A DNA stretch of 64,000 bases from Isurus oxyrinchus (lineage: Eukaryota): the NCBI GenBank assembly GCA_026770705.1, contig JANJGN010000035.1, forward strand, positions 1,116,001-1,180,000, given 5' to 3'. This document shows positions 11,948 through 25,239 of this stretch, piece by piece. The notes under the pieces are model-generated. The model was not told the DNA's origin and searched no databases. It saw only the letters and a program-made list of their open reading frames with translations. The translations under genes and the position numbers were made by a program. Position 1 is the first letter of the stretch. Each line of letters starts with the position of its first letter.

Positions 11948-12592
11948 TGCATAGGAAAACATTGCAGGGTTACGGGGAGTGGCAGTGGGTGAATTGTTCC
12001 TTTAGAGGGCCAGAACAGATTAGACGGCCCGAATAGCCTCTTTCGGAGTTGTCGCCATTCTATGATTCTAATGGAAAATACTGGAAAAACTGAGTAGCTC
12101 TGGCAGTATCGATGCTTCGATAGCGGGTCTATGTGTTAAAACTTCTATCAAGGTGAAATGTGAAACCCCATATCCTGTCTCCAGAGATGCTGCAGGACCT
12201 GCTGAGTTTTTCCAGCACCTTCTGTTATTATTTCAGATTCCCAGCGTGAGCAGTCTGTCACTTTATGAACAATAAAACAATCCCTGCACAGGAATCGGTA
12301 TTCAAATAAGATATTGGAAGCAGCAGATGGAAAATATTCAGACAATCGCTGAATGTTAAAATCCGAGTAATTCTATCTCGGCTCCACACTACAGCTCAGG
12401 AAAAGCCTTCATTATCATCAAGAAGGAATGCATCTGAGTTACATTTTAAATGGAAGATAAGTGGAGGTGGGAATTAATTATATTTCTATTAAACCCGCCC
12501 ATGTGTTCGAAGCAAAATTTCATCGAAACGGATCAAATTCAGCTTCATGCTTGGGGTTTCCGATTTGAGAGGTTAAAAAAAAAACAAGAAAT

Positions 12593-12665
12593 TGCGGCAG
12601 CTGGGAATCGAACTGGGGGTCAAATACTTGGAAAGCAGCTATGCTCACCACTGTATCGCCATCGA
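12593..12665 (-). pseudogene. tRNA-Gly(TCC) pseudogene
   Basis: Degenerate match to the reverse complement of vertebrate tRNA-Gly-TCC (GGGAATCGAAC...TTGGAAAGCAGCTATGCTCACCACT); stems disrupted. Confidence 0.85.
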
Positions 12666-12929
12666 TAAATACTGATATTGGCACATAGCCATAAGTCACA
12701 AAAGGCTTAACAAGTGGGTTATAATGACAAATAAAGCAAACATGATGCTGAGCCACAGAAGGAGATATTAGATCAGATGACAAAAGCTTGGTCAAAGGGG
12801 AAACTGTTAAGTAACATCTTAAAGATCAGAAGGAGCTGTAGAAGTAGAGTAGTTTAGGGAGGGAATACAGAATTTTAGACCAGATCGGCATTAAGCACGG
12901 TTGTCAATTTGTAGAGAATAAAATCCCAT

Positions 12930-14060
12930 CTCTAGTTTCCCTTGAGAAAATGCTGCTGAATTGCCTTGTCCATTCCACGTGGTGTATGTACACCCACAGT
13001 TCCATTAGCGGTGGGGTGAGGGGGGTGGTGGGGGAGGGGGGGTTTCTAGGGTATTGATCCAGAGGTAGTGAAGGAACAGCGATATGTTTCCATGTCAGAA
13101 TGGTGTGAGGGTTGGAGGAGTACTCTCAAGTAAGCGGTGTCTCCGTGCATCTGCTGCCCTTGTCCTTCTAGATGGCAGTGTTCGTGGGTTTGGGATTTGC
13201 TGTCCAAGGAGTCTTGGTGAGTTCCTACAGTGCATCGTCTGGGTGAAGAACACTTCTGCTACTGTACTCTCGTGGCGGAGGGATGTTGGGTGGATAGGGT
13301 GCCAGTCAAGCGGGTTATATTCTCCTGGATGGTGTCAAGCTTCTGGAGGTTTGTTGCTGCACTCATCCAGGCCAATTGAGAGTATTCAAACACGCTCTTG
13401 ACTTGTATCTTGTAGATGGTAGACGGTCTTTGGGGAGTCATGAGGTGAGTTACTCGCCGCAGGGTTCCTCGCCTGTAACCTGTCTTGCAGCCATTTCATT
13501 TGTATGGCTTCTCCAGTTCAGTTTCTGGTCAATGATATCCCAGGATTTTGATAATGAGAGATTCAGTAATGATAATGCCAATAGACTCAAGGAGCAATGG
13601 TTGGATTCTCCTGTGTTTGAGGTGGTCATTGCCTGGCGTTTGTGTGGCACGAATGTTACTTGCCACTTGTCAATGGAAGCCTGGAAATTGTCCACGTCTT
13701 GATACATTTGCACGTGGACTGCTTCAGTATGTGAGGATTTGCGAATGGTGCTGAACATTGTGCCATCATCAGTAAACATCAGCACTTCTGACCTTAAGAT
13801 GAATTGAACGTCATTGATGAAGCATCTGAAGATGTTTAGACCGAGGTCTCTATCCCCAGGAACTCCTGCAGTGATGTCCTGTAACTCAGATGATTAACCT
13901 CCAACAACAACTTACATTTGTGATGGTATGACCCCAAGCATCGGAGTGTTTTGTCTCTGCTTCCCATTAACTCCAGTTGTGCTCGGGATCCATGACGTTG
14001 CTTTCGGACAAAAACTGCCTTGATGTCGACGTTAGCCAAGCTCACACCTGTAAAGGGGAA
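12930..14060 (-). mobile_element. CR1-group LINE RT fragment (preceded by an L2-like 3' piece at ~12690-12900)
   Basis: MFTDDGTMFSTIRKSSHTEAVHVQMYQDVDNFQASIDKWQVTF (FADD-type RT motif); IYKIQVKSVFEYS..AWMSAA. Confidence 0.85.
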
Positions 14061-15439
14061 AGTACTGAAGACAGATATAATGAAGAAGGAAAAAAAAATC
14101 TCCATAAATCAAGGCAGTCGGAAACATTGAATCCCTGAAAAGAAAAAGAAAAAGTGTGCAGGGATCAGGGAAGGCTGGGAAATGATAGTAGAATAATTTC
14201 TCCTTCAAAGAACGAGCACAGACATGATGGGCCAAATAATCCATTCTATGCTTATAAGAATCTGGGATTAGGAAACTTGAACTTCAAATGTAATTTTCTG
14301 AACTCCGGAATCAGGAAGGTGAATCAGCATTGCTTCCAATCCACGTTAGATATAACCCCAGTGTTTCCTCTGTGTGGTGTCTGCAAGAACATGAGAAATA
14401 GGTGCAAGTGTATAACGTGTCTTCCAGCTTCCCAAACGTTCCATAACTTCCTGGAAGAACATCTGCCTTAATTTACCTTCCTGCAAATTCTCAATTCTCG
14501 CTGCCACCTAGCCCCTTAGCAGATGAAGATTTGCCAATGTATTTGTAGCAAAATAGTAGAATATGGTTCAAAACATTGAAGCCTGGTGTTGTTCATAACT
14601 TTGTGCTGTGGTTTGGTGCATGATATCTTGTATCAGTAATGCAGGTGATCCTGAGTTCTAATTTCAATGGCGCTTTTACTTTTTTCAAATTAACCAGGCA
14701 ATGAGCTGAGCATTTTTATTCAGGGGAAAGCATTTAGAATATTGTGTGAATATAAAGAAGAACGATAGGATCGGAATTCCCTTTAAACCGAGTGCACACA
14801 GTTGTGCTGAAGCATCTCTTCCTCTTCAGATCATTCTAATGAACGAATGATTTTGTCTGGTTAAGTGAATGAAAACCGCTTCTGGCTCAGAGCAGAAGTT
14901 ATACAGGAGATCCCATTTTCTTTTGTTCTTTGACCTTGATCCGGCGCACACACCTTCACAAAGAGGGATATAACGGATTAAGGGATGTCTCAAGGGATTT
15001 GAGAAGTAATTCTGGCAAAAAAAAAACAATGCTTTTAAGGCAGCTCCATCAACTACAATTTATTTCAGTAAATTTTCTTCCCCTGTTTCATGCCTACTGG
15101 AAACTGTCCTTGACATGAATCTCAGTGAAACAGAGGGTGACCTTCTGATATCTGTCAATGTGTCGGAGAAGCAGATTGGGCCACTGTGGAACCCTTTCAA
15201 CAGCGAATGGAATTGGACCCCAGGGTAGGATTGCTGCGATTCCCGGAATACATTGACAGCTTTTTATTATTGCTTCGTGGATGTGAAAACCACTGGGAAA
15301 GCCAGTATTTATTTGTGGAGCTTCCTTCTCCAGTCAGTGTTTAATTGTCCACCACTATTCACAACTAGATGTGGAAGGCCTGCACAGTTTATGTCTGATC
15401 CGATGCTTATGGGGTCACATCAAAAGTCTGAGCGGGCAG

Positions 15440-16075
15440 GAGTCAAAGGTGTTCAAGACACTAAAACCAAAGAGTGTTGTAATGGGAATAAGAGAAACAA
15501 GATTTGTAGAAGGCTCTGGTTCAGCCTCAGCTGGTGCATCCCACCTGGTTCTGTTCGCTTCTCTTTCGGAAGGATGCAAAAATGTGAAGGATGTTGGAAG
15601 GTGGGCAGAAAATGTTCACGAGAATGTTTCCTAGGATGAGGAGCTTCAGTTGTGAGGATAGATTGGAGAAGTTAGTACTGATTCCCTGGGAGAAAGGAAG
15701 GTTGAGAGAAGATTTGCTAGAGGGATTGAGCATCACGAAAGGTCTGGAGAGGTTGGAGGGGAAGCAAGTGTTCCCATCCGTGAAATGACCAAGTTCGAGC
15801 TAGCACAGTTGTTTAAAAAAAAAACAAAAGACACGACGAAAAAAAAAACACATTTCTTTCTCCTGGAAAGTGGTTAAGTTCTCGAATGCACCACCTGACA
15901 GTATGGTGAAGGTAGGTTCAAGGGAAGCATAAAGAGCGGAGTGAGACTGCTATCTCGAAATGAAGACCGCCAATACAGGGAGAAGGCGGGGAACGGCACT
16001 AAGTGAATTGCTCATTCAGTCACGATTAGTCGAATGACCTTCTCCTGTGTTGTAATATTTCCAAACCTTTGTGAT
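15440..16075 (+). mobile_element. Decayed CR1 3' fragment (paralog at ~47330-47950)
   Basis: QKMFTRMFPRMRSFSCEDRLEKL...GRLREDL, followed by a CR1-like 3' UTR. Confidence 0.75.
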
Positions 16076-16079
16076 TGTG

Positions 16080-17870
16080 GGAGTATAATAAGGAAAGTGA
16101 AGGTGTGTCCAGTTGAGGTGTGAGTGGCAGCACAGCAACGGCCCGAATGTAACATGGAGAATAAAGAAAGAAACGTCACAAACCAAACCAACAAGAAGAA
16201 AAAAAAATACATTCTCGAAACAACATTGAGGCAGATATTAGGATCTAAATTTGTTGAACTCAATGTTGAGACCAGAAGGCTGCAGATTACCCAGTTCGAA
16301 GTTGATCTGTTGTCCCTCGAATTTTGTTGCTCTTAAGGCCATTTAGTCCCTAGAACATGTTCAATGATGTTGTGTCTGATTGGTGACTATCGCCATATGC
16401 TCGCCTTGGCCCCATAGCCCTTAATATCCTCTAACAAAGCTCTTGCATTCTTAGAGTTAAAATACAACAATCGATCAAGGATTAATTTCCTTGTACTGAA
16501 GAGAGTCCTGAAGTTCTGCGACCCTTTGTGCATAGAATTGTTTCCTAACTTCCATGCTGGAACTCCTGGCTTGAATATTTTCACTGTGGACCTTAATTGG
16601 AGATTCCCAGGAAACTGAAATAGGTCTTGGATTGATTTTCTGTTTCCCTTAGCATTCCAGAATTGTGGATCAAATCAGTGCAAAAATCACGGGGGAGAAT
16701 CTGTTACCGGGGTAGACACTGTCTTCAACAAAGAGCTGCATTTTAGTGTTCGGAATTGAGGGACGTTCGGACGAAGCTGTAGCGGCAGACTTGCGGAGCA
16801 TGAAAGATGAAAGATTGGCGGAGAAGAAATTGAGAGGAATATGGATGACATTCAAGATTTTTTCCAAAATGCTTTCAGAATGTAAAGGAAAGTAGTACAG
16901 ACGCTGGAAAACCGAAGTGAACAGAACATTGTGGAAATATTCAACAGTTCATAAAGCATCTGTGGAGACCAAAGGCGAACTGTTCAGGTCGATGATTTTT
17001 TTTTATCAAAATGGAGGAAAGATGTAAATGTAACAAAGGTTTAAACCAGTGGAGTGCGGGAGGAGGTTGGATGTGCAAAAGAGAATGTCAGTGAGGGTAG
17101 AGAGCAGGAGGAGAGTTTCCATGGTTACAAACAAATTGTAGTGGCTGTAGGAAAGAAATAAAAAAAAAGAGGTGTCCATCTGAGTTTGTGAATGGCTGCT
17201 AAGGCACGGTCTGAATGTAACATGAAGGAGTAAAGAAAGAAACGTGACCAAACAATATTGAGGCAGATGTTCTGATCTAAAATTGTGTTGGGTCCAGAAT
17301 GCTGTTTCCTACCCAGTTGGAAGGTCAGGCGCTGTTCCTTGACCTTTACTCTTGTTGAGACCCTTTATTCGCTGGAGCATGTTCTGTTTTTTTCTGTTTG
17401 TTTGGTGACTACCTCCATATTTTCGCCTTTCCCTCATATTTCGTAATAATCTCTTTTAAGAAAACTCTTTGAATCTAAGATTTCAAATAAATCAATGGGT
17501 GAAACATTTATTGCCGTGTAGAGAAATTCTAGCTCCCTTTGTGTTTAGAATTATTTTCCCATTCCCGCAGGGAAATCTCTGGCTTTAATTCTTGGACTGT
17601 GACACTGGGTCAGTGGCAGTAGTTTATGGACTTATCTTACCCATTGAACATTATAAAAAATATGTACTGAATCCCTCCTGCCATCATGAGGAAAGACTTC
17701 AGTTATGGGACAGTCAGTGGGTTAAATGTAGGCGCTGAGCTGCGGTTTAGTGACAAAAATTGAGGAGGTTTAGGAGGGAGTTCAAGGGGCAAATAGAGTT
17801 AGAATAAAAGAAAACGAAAGATTGGCGAGGAGGAACAGAGAGGAATATGAATGGCATTCACCATCTATCA
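16080..17870 (-). mobile_element. Penelope-like element remnants in an internal direct duplication (16080-16870 vs 17170-17870); paralog at 47970-49750
   Basis: Minus-strand GIY-YIG C-terminal signature, best seen at 48100-48200 (GEHLIFQLQPSGLNIAFSEFK). The block CGAATGTAACATG(G/A)AGRAATAAAGAAAGAAACGT is repeated. Confidence 0.65.
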
Positions 17871-19099
17871 GATTTTCACAGAATCACAGAATCACAGAGC
17901 AGAAGAGGCCCTTTGGCCCATCGAGTCTGCACCGGCACGTGAGTAGTGCCTGACCTACCTATCTAACCCCATTTACCAGCACTTGGCCTATAGCCTTTTC
18001 CCAAAGTAACCAAAGTAAAGAAACCTAGTGTTAGCTTCTCACATTCACAAATGAAACTGAAGAGGTGGGTTCAATGTGGTACTGTAGGGGTGCCGCCTTC
18101 CTTCAGTTACATCAGAGGCGAAGATGAATGGATACCTTCTCTCAGTGAACTCACTATGTTTCAATTAGAATCTGGATTTATAATGCTTAATAACCCAAAA
18201 AATGGCATAATTGTTGAATAATAAAAATTGAGTTGCCCCCTGGTCAGGACAATTCCTCGTGAGACTAATGGCTCCATTTATCAATGAGAAAATGTGCTAA
18301 TAGTGAAATCTGCGCATTTAATACTCACACTAAACTTGGAGGAGAGCAGCCAGTGTCGGTGATCGCCAGGCTTCTGATTTATTTCTCTATTTCAATTTAT
18401 TTATTTCAGGATCATTGTTTGTCTAAGCTTCGCCGCCATATGCGTGAAACAGGCTGGCCGGCAATAGGCAGTTTAACATTTATCCCATTTTTTTGAATCT
18501 GGATGTAACATTTTCAATCATCCACTCTTCTGGAAGCAATGGGTGACTCTGTCTCTCTCTCTCACCAAAATTTCGATAGTTACCTGCCCTTCTATCTCAC
18601 ACATTTTCACAATTGCACTTTGCAGTTTTATATATAATTGATTGTTTTTACGATTATTCTCATTTGAGTGAGTCGGATTTATGAGAACACTGTATACAAT
18701 ATAAATACGACGAATAACTGTGCATTATAGTTATGTGGATGAACGTTGCTTACAGTATTCCAGATGCAATTAATTTTGAGCTCGCTATCTGTGTCAGGAG
18801 GGTACAGAACACATTTGTATGGCGGGCTGTCAGTGATCTCCAGTCCAATGTTTGTCGCAGAAACTGTGTGTAGGGACTTCAGTCTGGCTCGAATTGTTTA
18901 GATAACAATTTACTTTTGATTTATCAGATTACTAATCCAGTTGCATTACAAGAGAGAGATGCCATCCAATTGGCATAAACCCTGGTCCCACTGATCCACT
19001 GCTTGTGAGCATGTTCACGGGAAAATCAAGATTGAGGGCATGATGTGACCTCTCAGTGTGACGTAAGTTCACAGAACGGAGAGACAGTTCCACAAGTAT

Positions 19100-20811
19100 T
19101 CAGCCCCTTTTCACCTTCAGGCCTGCTGTCGAAGCCACCATTACCCTTCAAGAGATCAACATTGTGCCACATGAACTGCAGATTTCCAGGATTCACATCT
19201 TCAATGGAAAGAGTAAAGTCACACATTGCTCTCTATTTCTACCCAGAAAAATCGGATGGCTATAAATTCAGCAGTTATGGGGCGGGGATGGTTAAAAAGG
19301 GGCAGGAGTGATACACATTCATTGCATGACATCCAATTGCAAATCTCTACCAGGGTTAGGTATGGTCAGTTCCAAGTTCACAGTTCACCATTTTCAGGTC
19401 CCTGAAACAATACATCATAATGTGCAGCAATCACACACTGTAGTGCAGTGTCCTTACCTAACTGTTCAATTGAGCCCGCGCCTCTCATTCTCTGTACGCA
19501 GGTTACCATTCTCCTGCCTCAGGGTTTCCATTTCACTCAAAGTCTCTCGTAGGGTCATGTGCGATTGTCCATCTGCCACACCTCGGAGTCTGACCCCTGT
19601 TATGTATGGAGTTGGGTAAAGTGGTGTTGGATCTGTGATGCTGGGTAGTCCTTGTCCATTTAGCACCCATGTATGTTTGGTTGTTACCAAGTGAAGCTCA
19701 GCCTTTTTTGGCTGCGAATGCAGCTGGTGAGCGGCTCTGTGCCTCCTTGGCCTGATGTGGCTGTTTTCATTCTGACTGAGGGTAACGTTGAGCCTCAGCC
19801 TGATGCTGCCTTTCCTCCTTCCCTCTGGCTGGCTCACTCAGCTCCTTTCCGCTGGCACTGTTTGCAGTGCCCGTTATCATCAATGCTGATCATTGCTCGG
19901 TTCCACTGGTGGGCATTGACACGTTTCCAGTGTGGATGGTTCCTCCTGCTCCTCGTCCTCCAACTTGGCAATTATTCCTGCACACAGCATTCGGCTAGTC
20001 TCCAACCTAGGCCCGGGTGAATGACACTGTTTACGCTTTCCCTGTGGAGGGCCACTCCCAGTTCCATGGAGTCCAGTGGCAGGGGGCTGCACACTGTCCT
20101 TGGTCATCACATTCTTCACCTTCTTTGCGCTCGCTCCTGTAGCACAGTCAGCAGCAGCGCCCAGCTGCAGGTCAACAGCTCCTTCCATAACTCTGCAAAA
20201 TTAATATTGCAATGTCCCAGAAATCAGTCACCTCACAATGAATACGATTGACTAAAAGTTTATTTATATCATGCTTATCGCAGATATTAGTATCTGAATC
20301 TTTAACAGTGCAATGGTCACTGCCTTGGGCTGCGCTGTGCAGACAAGAACATAAATCATGTGCCTGAGTTCATTACGAAATGATCAACTTTGTCCTGTAG
20401 ATACTCGCCTAAACGGAAGTATTGAAGAAACAATTGTGCAGGCTGAATTTTAAACATTTTTCTGCTCAGTTTTACATTCTAACTTGTTTGGCATGTTCCC
20501 AGGCCCATTTATTTGTTTAGTTTCACCCTGTCAAATGGGCTCCAGTTCAGCTTCTATGTGCTATAACAGAAGAAAATAAAAATCCTACCACTTACTTTCA
20601 AAGTTTTCCCGAAGAACTTCCCTCTTCCCTTCCATTTGACCAAGCCCATCCAACCTTCCTCTCTATCCTTCTGCTCATTCATGGCAGACAGCGGCTCAAT
20701 CCTGCTCAGCAGCTCCACGATCCAGAAAACCAGACATAACTTTCGGCTCGCTGCGGCTCGCTCTGCTGGGAGTGCCGAACTCTCAGCAGCAATAAGGTCA
20801 CTGAAATCCAT
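19100..20811 (-). pseudogene. BEN-type gene remnant, copy 2 (N-terminal and coiled-coil exons; BEN exons absent)
   Basis: ATG at 20811: MDFSDLIAAE...RKLCLVFWIVELLSRIEPLSAMNEQKDREEGWMGLVKWKGRGKFFGKTLKVSG. Coiled coil LRETLSEMETLRQENGNLRTENER ends at a GTAAG donor (19457-19453). Confidence 0.62.
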
Positions 20812-23800
20812 TTGAGAGATCCTGATATGGCTGTAACAGATGATAATAAAAGTGGAGAAGTGTGGTAAGAAGCAGCTGATGGAGTGAGAATTGTCAATGA
20901 CAGAAAGGACTGAAAATTAGTGGCGGGAAGCAAAAACATCTGGGAACACTTAATGAGAAGTATTTGGGTGGCTGTACCATATTTTGTGACCTCGATTGGA
21001 TTGCAAATGTTTCTAGGCCATTTTTAGCTGGATATAATTATTAGACTTCAAGCAGGTAAAAACAGTCTGTCTACACTTGACTGGGAAACAGTCTGTCCAC
21101 TATAAACGTAGTTGAAGAAAACATCTCTCTATGTCCAGAGATAGTACGGAGAAATGTTGCAAACTATTATAATGTTTGAACAAATATCGAGCAGCATTTG
21201 AAGAGGCTCCTACAGTTGAGATTAAAATATGTAGCGAGGAACATCTCCCGAATGTGCTGCAGATTTTGCAGGTCCCTTTGTGATGAGGACTGGCCTGTGG
21301 TCATTTTTTTTTTGCCCTGCATCCAGAAAGCAGAGAGTCCAAGTTCTAGCCCAGGTTGCACCATGCAGGCTGACTCAGCACAGGGCCGAGTGCTGCATTG
21401 CCAGCGGCTTCATCGTGTGGATGAGGTTCCAAATTACAGTAGCCATGTACCCCACCTCCTTAAAGATCACGTTCCAAGTTAAAAGCAAGAATTATTTTAC
21501 CTTGCAGTATCAAGTTAATGGACCATTTATTTCAAAGAAAATCCGAAGAAAAACACGATGTTTGCCTCAAGCCAATTCTTCCCCTCACTGCTCAACCCTG
21601 CCCCCACAAAGCCACCCCCCACCCCCACCGCCGGAACCTCTGAAGCCAACTCCATGCTAGACTAGCTTCCATCTTCCCACCTCCTATATTTGTGCTGGCC
21701 TCACTCCCCCCTCCCCATTTCTATGCTAGCCTGCCCACCCCTTCCCCAGAAATTCCATTATAGGCCCCAATCTCTCGCATTCTCGACCCCACTCACTCCT
21801 GATCCATATGGAGCTGTTCCACTTACCGATCACGAGCAGTAACGTGGCATACACCAGCACAGGAAATGGAAATACACCTGGGAGCAGCAGGTACTGAGGG
21901 AGTGGCCTCGGGACCACGCAATGGATATTTAATGTGTCCACCTTTGTGCGGCTGGGAGGAGCAAAGGCCACCGCTCCATTACCCACCTTCCAAGCTATAG
22001 GCTGCATTCCCACTGCCTGTCCAGGTGCAAGAGGCGATGAGATGATCGTTGGAAAACTATCAATGCGCAGGGATGCGGGGAGATAGCAGTAGAATGGACC
22101 TTTTTGAAATGCTTATGTTTCAAAATCCTTCCTTGATTGTGATTCACTCTGCTATTACTTTCAAACTTTACCAGGCAGGCATAATTCCCCATTCACAACA
22201 ATCCTTGAGCAGAAACATTTCTAAAAGCGACACATGAGACTTGAACAACCGTCAAAGTAGATGGGGAAGTAAGCATCAGACAAATAGAGGTAGGAAAATT
22301 AGTTGTGAAGGGGATGGAAGGATATAGATAGGTTACGTGATTAGAGATGGCAAATGGGGTGTAAAGTAGGAAAATGTGAGTTTGACCATTTTGGCAGGAC
22401 AAACAAAAAAGAGGCACATATTATAAACGGTGAGATATTGCAGAGCTCGGAGTTACAGAGGGAACTGTGTGTCCTAATGCATGAAAGATTTTGTTCCTTT
22501 CTGCTGCTAAACTGTCCAAAGCCATTGAAATTCGGACACTCCAGAGTGCCAAAATGGTTGTTCTTGAAAACGGCTTCATTCACTGAAAAAGCCTTAGTTT
22601 CGTTTTAAACCTCTTTCACTTCTGCACTGGTCACGCTGTCTCATCCATTCGCTGACACGCTCTCTTCTTTTCGACTGAAATCTCAAAAGCAACTCAATCT
22701 TCCCGTTTTATTCTCACTTCAGAGCTAGCAGCAGAGTGATCCTATGGCAGGGAAATCATTTTGTTTCACACAAGAGGGGCAGAGAAATCAGGCACTGAGA
22801 GTGGACACAGAAACACAGGGACATCATTTAAACCCGCCAATCCCTTTCACACACTCTCTCTTGCATAATGGTCACAGTTGCACATTCACAGGACAAACTT
22901 CCCTCAGACTGACAGTTCCAGGGATAGGCTTCCCACTCCGCTCGGCCTCTGCTATGTATTCTTCAGGGTTATTTGTAGTTTTGCAGCTCTACTCACGGTG
23001 TCCCCAGATTCAGGGGCTGAAACTCATCATAGCTCTGGCAGGATTAAGACAGGTCTAATTTTACATTATTAGATGATTCAAAACCAGCAATATGTTTAAT
23101 TAATATGGAAATACAAATGTTGTTGTCTGGCCCTTCAGTAAGCGTATCCCATGTTGTTTTATAGGGCAAGGGAGAAAAGGGAGAGAGGGCGGAGTGAAAG
23201 ATAAAGTCAGGGTGAGTTCAGGCAATGAGACACAGACAGTCAGGCAAAGTATCGATTGCAGAATAAATTGTTCAATCCAGTTTTACGAAGGTACAATTGG
23301 AACGGTAGAAGATGCTGTCTCATTTCTCACTGATATTTTACTGGAGAAAAATACATTATTAATCACACACTCAGGGCCAGTGCCACAGAGTGATCCAAAG
23401 CCTCATATTATTGCCCATTTCCCCTGTTGTAATCGCTGCAGTCTTGCAGGACATGGTTGCTAGGTATTGCTCTCAGTCACGGAGTGTTTCACTTCGATTA
23501 AATGAATTTGGGGGTCTCCCTGTCAGATATTAACTATTGCACGGTCCCAACAAATCACTACCTCCCTCATTCCTCCCATGTTTTTGCAGGATTGCTTTCT
23601 GAAGATGGGCTCGTGAACAACAAATCCCCTGCAGGGAATGATGCCAATTTGGAGTTGGTAAAGCTTCAAGCCCCTCACTTTTCAATGATCTGTGAACGTT
23701 TCCCAATCCCAATCCTTTGGCTCAGATAATGATCTAAGTGAATTGCAGAAAAAGTTGATTCTAGTTGCTGATTTACAGCAGAAAACTGCACATGAGTTAC

Positions 23801-23835
23801 TTAGTGCAACGCGAACGCTGATTGTTCGTGAGTCA

Positions 23836-24040
23836 GAGACTGACAAATACAGAATCAATACCACACTCACAGGTAGTAAGTGAGACTGATATTTACACAA
23901 CTAATCCCACAATCACAGATAGTGCCAGAGACTGACATTGACAGAACGAATCCCACAATCGCAGGTAGCATCAGAATCCATTCCACAATCACAGATAGTG
24001 CCAGAGTCTGATATTGATAGAATCAATCCGCACTCAGATG
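23836..24040 (+). repeat. 46-bp minisatellite, ~4.5 copies
   Basis: Units at 23836, 23882, 23928, a truncated unit, and 24004. Confidence 0.9.
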
Positions 24041-24666
24041 AAAAGTGAAACATTGCAGGATTACAGAGAGCAGCATTCGGTGAATTGCTCTTTCAGAGGG
24101 CCAGCACAGAATGGACAGCCCGAATAGCCTCTTCCTGTGTTGTTGATATTCCATGATTCAAATGGAAAAAAAGAACTGGAAGAACTTAGTAGCTCTGGCA
24201 ATTTCGACGTTCCAATAGCAGGTCTATTTGTTAAAACTTCATTCATCCTCCTTTCCTCTCTCCACAGATACTGTCGGAGCACAGATGAGTATTTCAGCAA
24301 ATACAGTCATTATTTCAGATTCCCAAATTGAGCAGTGTCTCGCTTTTTGAACAATAAAAGAATCCCTGTGCAGGAATCCATATTAAAATAAGAAATGGGA
24401 AACAACAGAGGAGAAAAATTCAGATAATCGGCGAATTTTACTAAATCGTAGTCATTCTATCCTGGCTCCATACCACAGTTCAAGAAAACCTTTCATTATC
24501 AGCAACAAGGAATAAACCTAAGCTACATTTTAAATGGATGAGACGTGGAGGTTGGAAATATGTTTTTTATAAAAAAATAAACCAGCTCGTATTTTTGGAA
24601 GTTTCACCAAATCATATGAAATTTAGCTGCGAACTTCATATCTCAGGGGTTTAGAAATGAACAGAC

Positions 24667-24738
24667 TGCGGCGGATGAAAACCGAACCCGGGTCAATTAC
24701 TTAGAAGGGAGCTATGCTTACCACTATACCACCATCAT
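24667..24738 (-). pseudogene. tRNA-Gly(TCC)-derived pseudogene
   Basis: CGAACCCGGGTCAA...GCTATGCTTACCACTATACCACCA; same cassette position as 12593 and 57039; anticodon region mutated. Confidence 0.85.
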
Positions 24739-25239
24739 TGGCTGCCCAGGGCATAATGGCCCGGAAAGTTCCAAGCCTCTTAACAAGGGAGTTAACATTA
24801 AAAAATAAAGCAAAGTTAATGTTGAGCCTCAAAGGGATATATCACATGGATCAGAACAATTGTATCCTCCCCCTCCCATTTCAGGTTCCTCTCCAGCCTT
24901 AAAACGGACATTTTGCGGGCAGCAGGACTTACAGCTCTTAGCTCATGCTGCAAAGATTAGTATCTATATGCCTGACTATGCTGTCCTCTTCTACAGCTAA
25001 TTTCAATTCTTTTACTCTGCCTCGTGGAATGAGACCCTTTAGGTGTGAATTCATCCACGGTGTAGTCACTGCTCTCTTTTATGTAAGCTGCAAGCAATTA
25101 ATTCCTGTTGGACAAGCACAAGGGCTGAGGCTCGTCCAATGCTACTTGCTGGATCCAGTTACTTGCCTCACTTGTAGTCACACCCTCCTGTCTTTGACCG
25201 CACACCAATTCTGAAGTACGTATGGTTATCATACTTAAT

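Larger units (their letters stand above)
4440..14060 (+). repeat. Segmental duplication cassette, copy 1 (tRNA-Asp, BEN gene remnant with H3.3 retrocopy, 46-bp array, tRNA-Gly, LINE)
   Basis: Colinear by eye with 18000-24860 and 50300-58290 through shared landmarks (e.g. 7740/19980/52715, 9140/20690/54095, 10380/21835/54995, 11591/23836/56243). Confidence 0.9.
14100..24860 (+). repeat. Segmental duplication cassette, copy 2 (lacks tRNA-Asp, H3.3 and the BEN exons)
   Basis: 14100-17870 is colinear with 45960-49750; 18000-24860 is colinear with 50490-57230 and with copy 1. Confidence 0.9.
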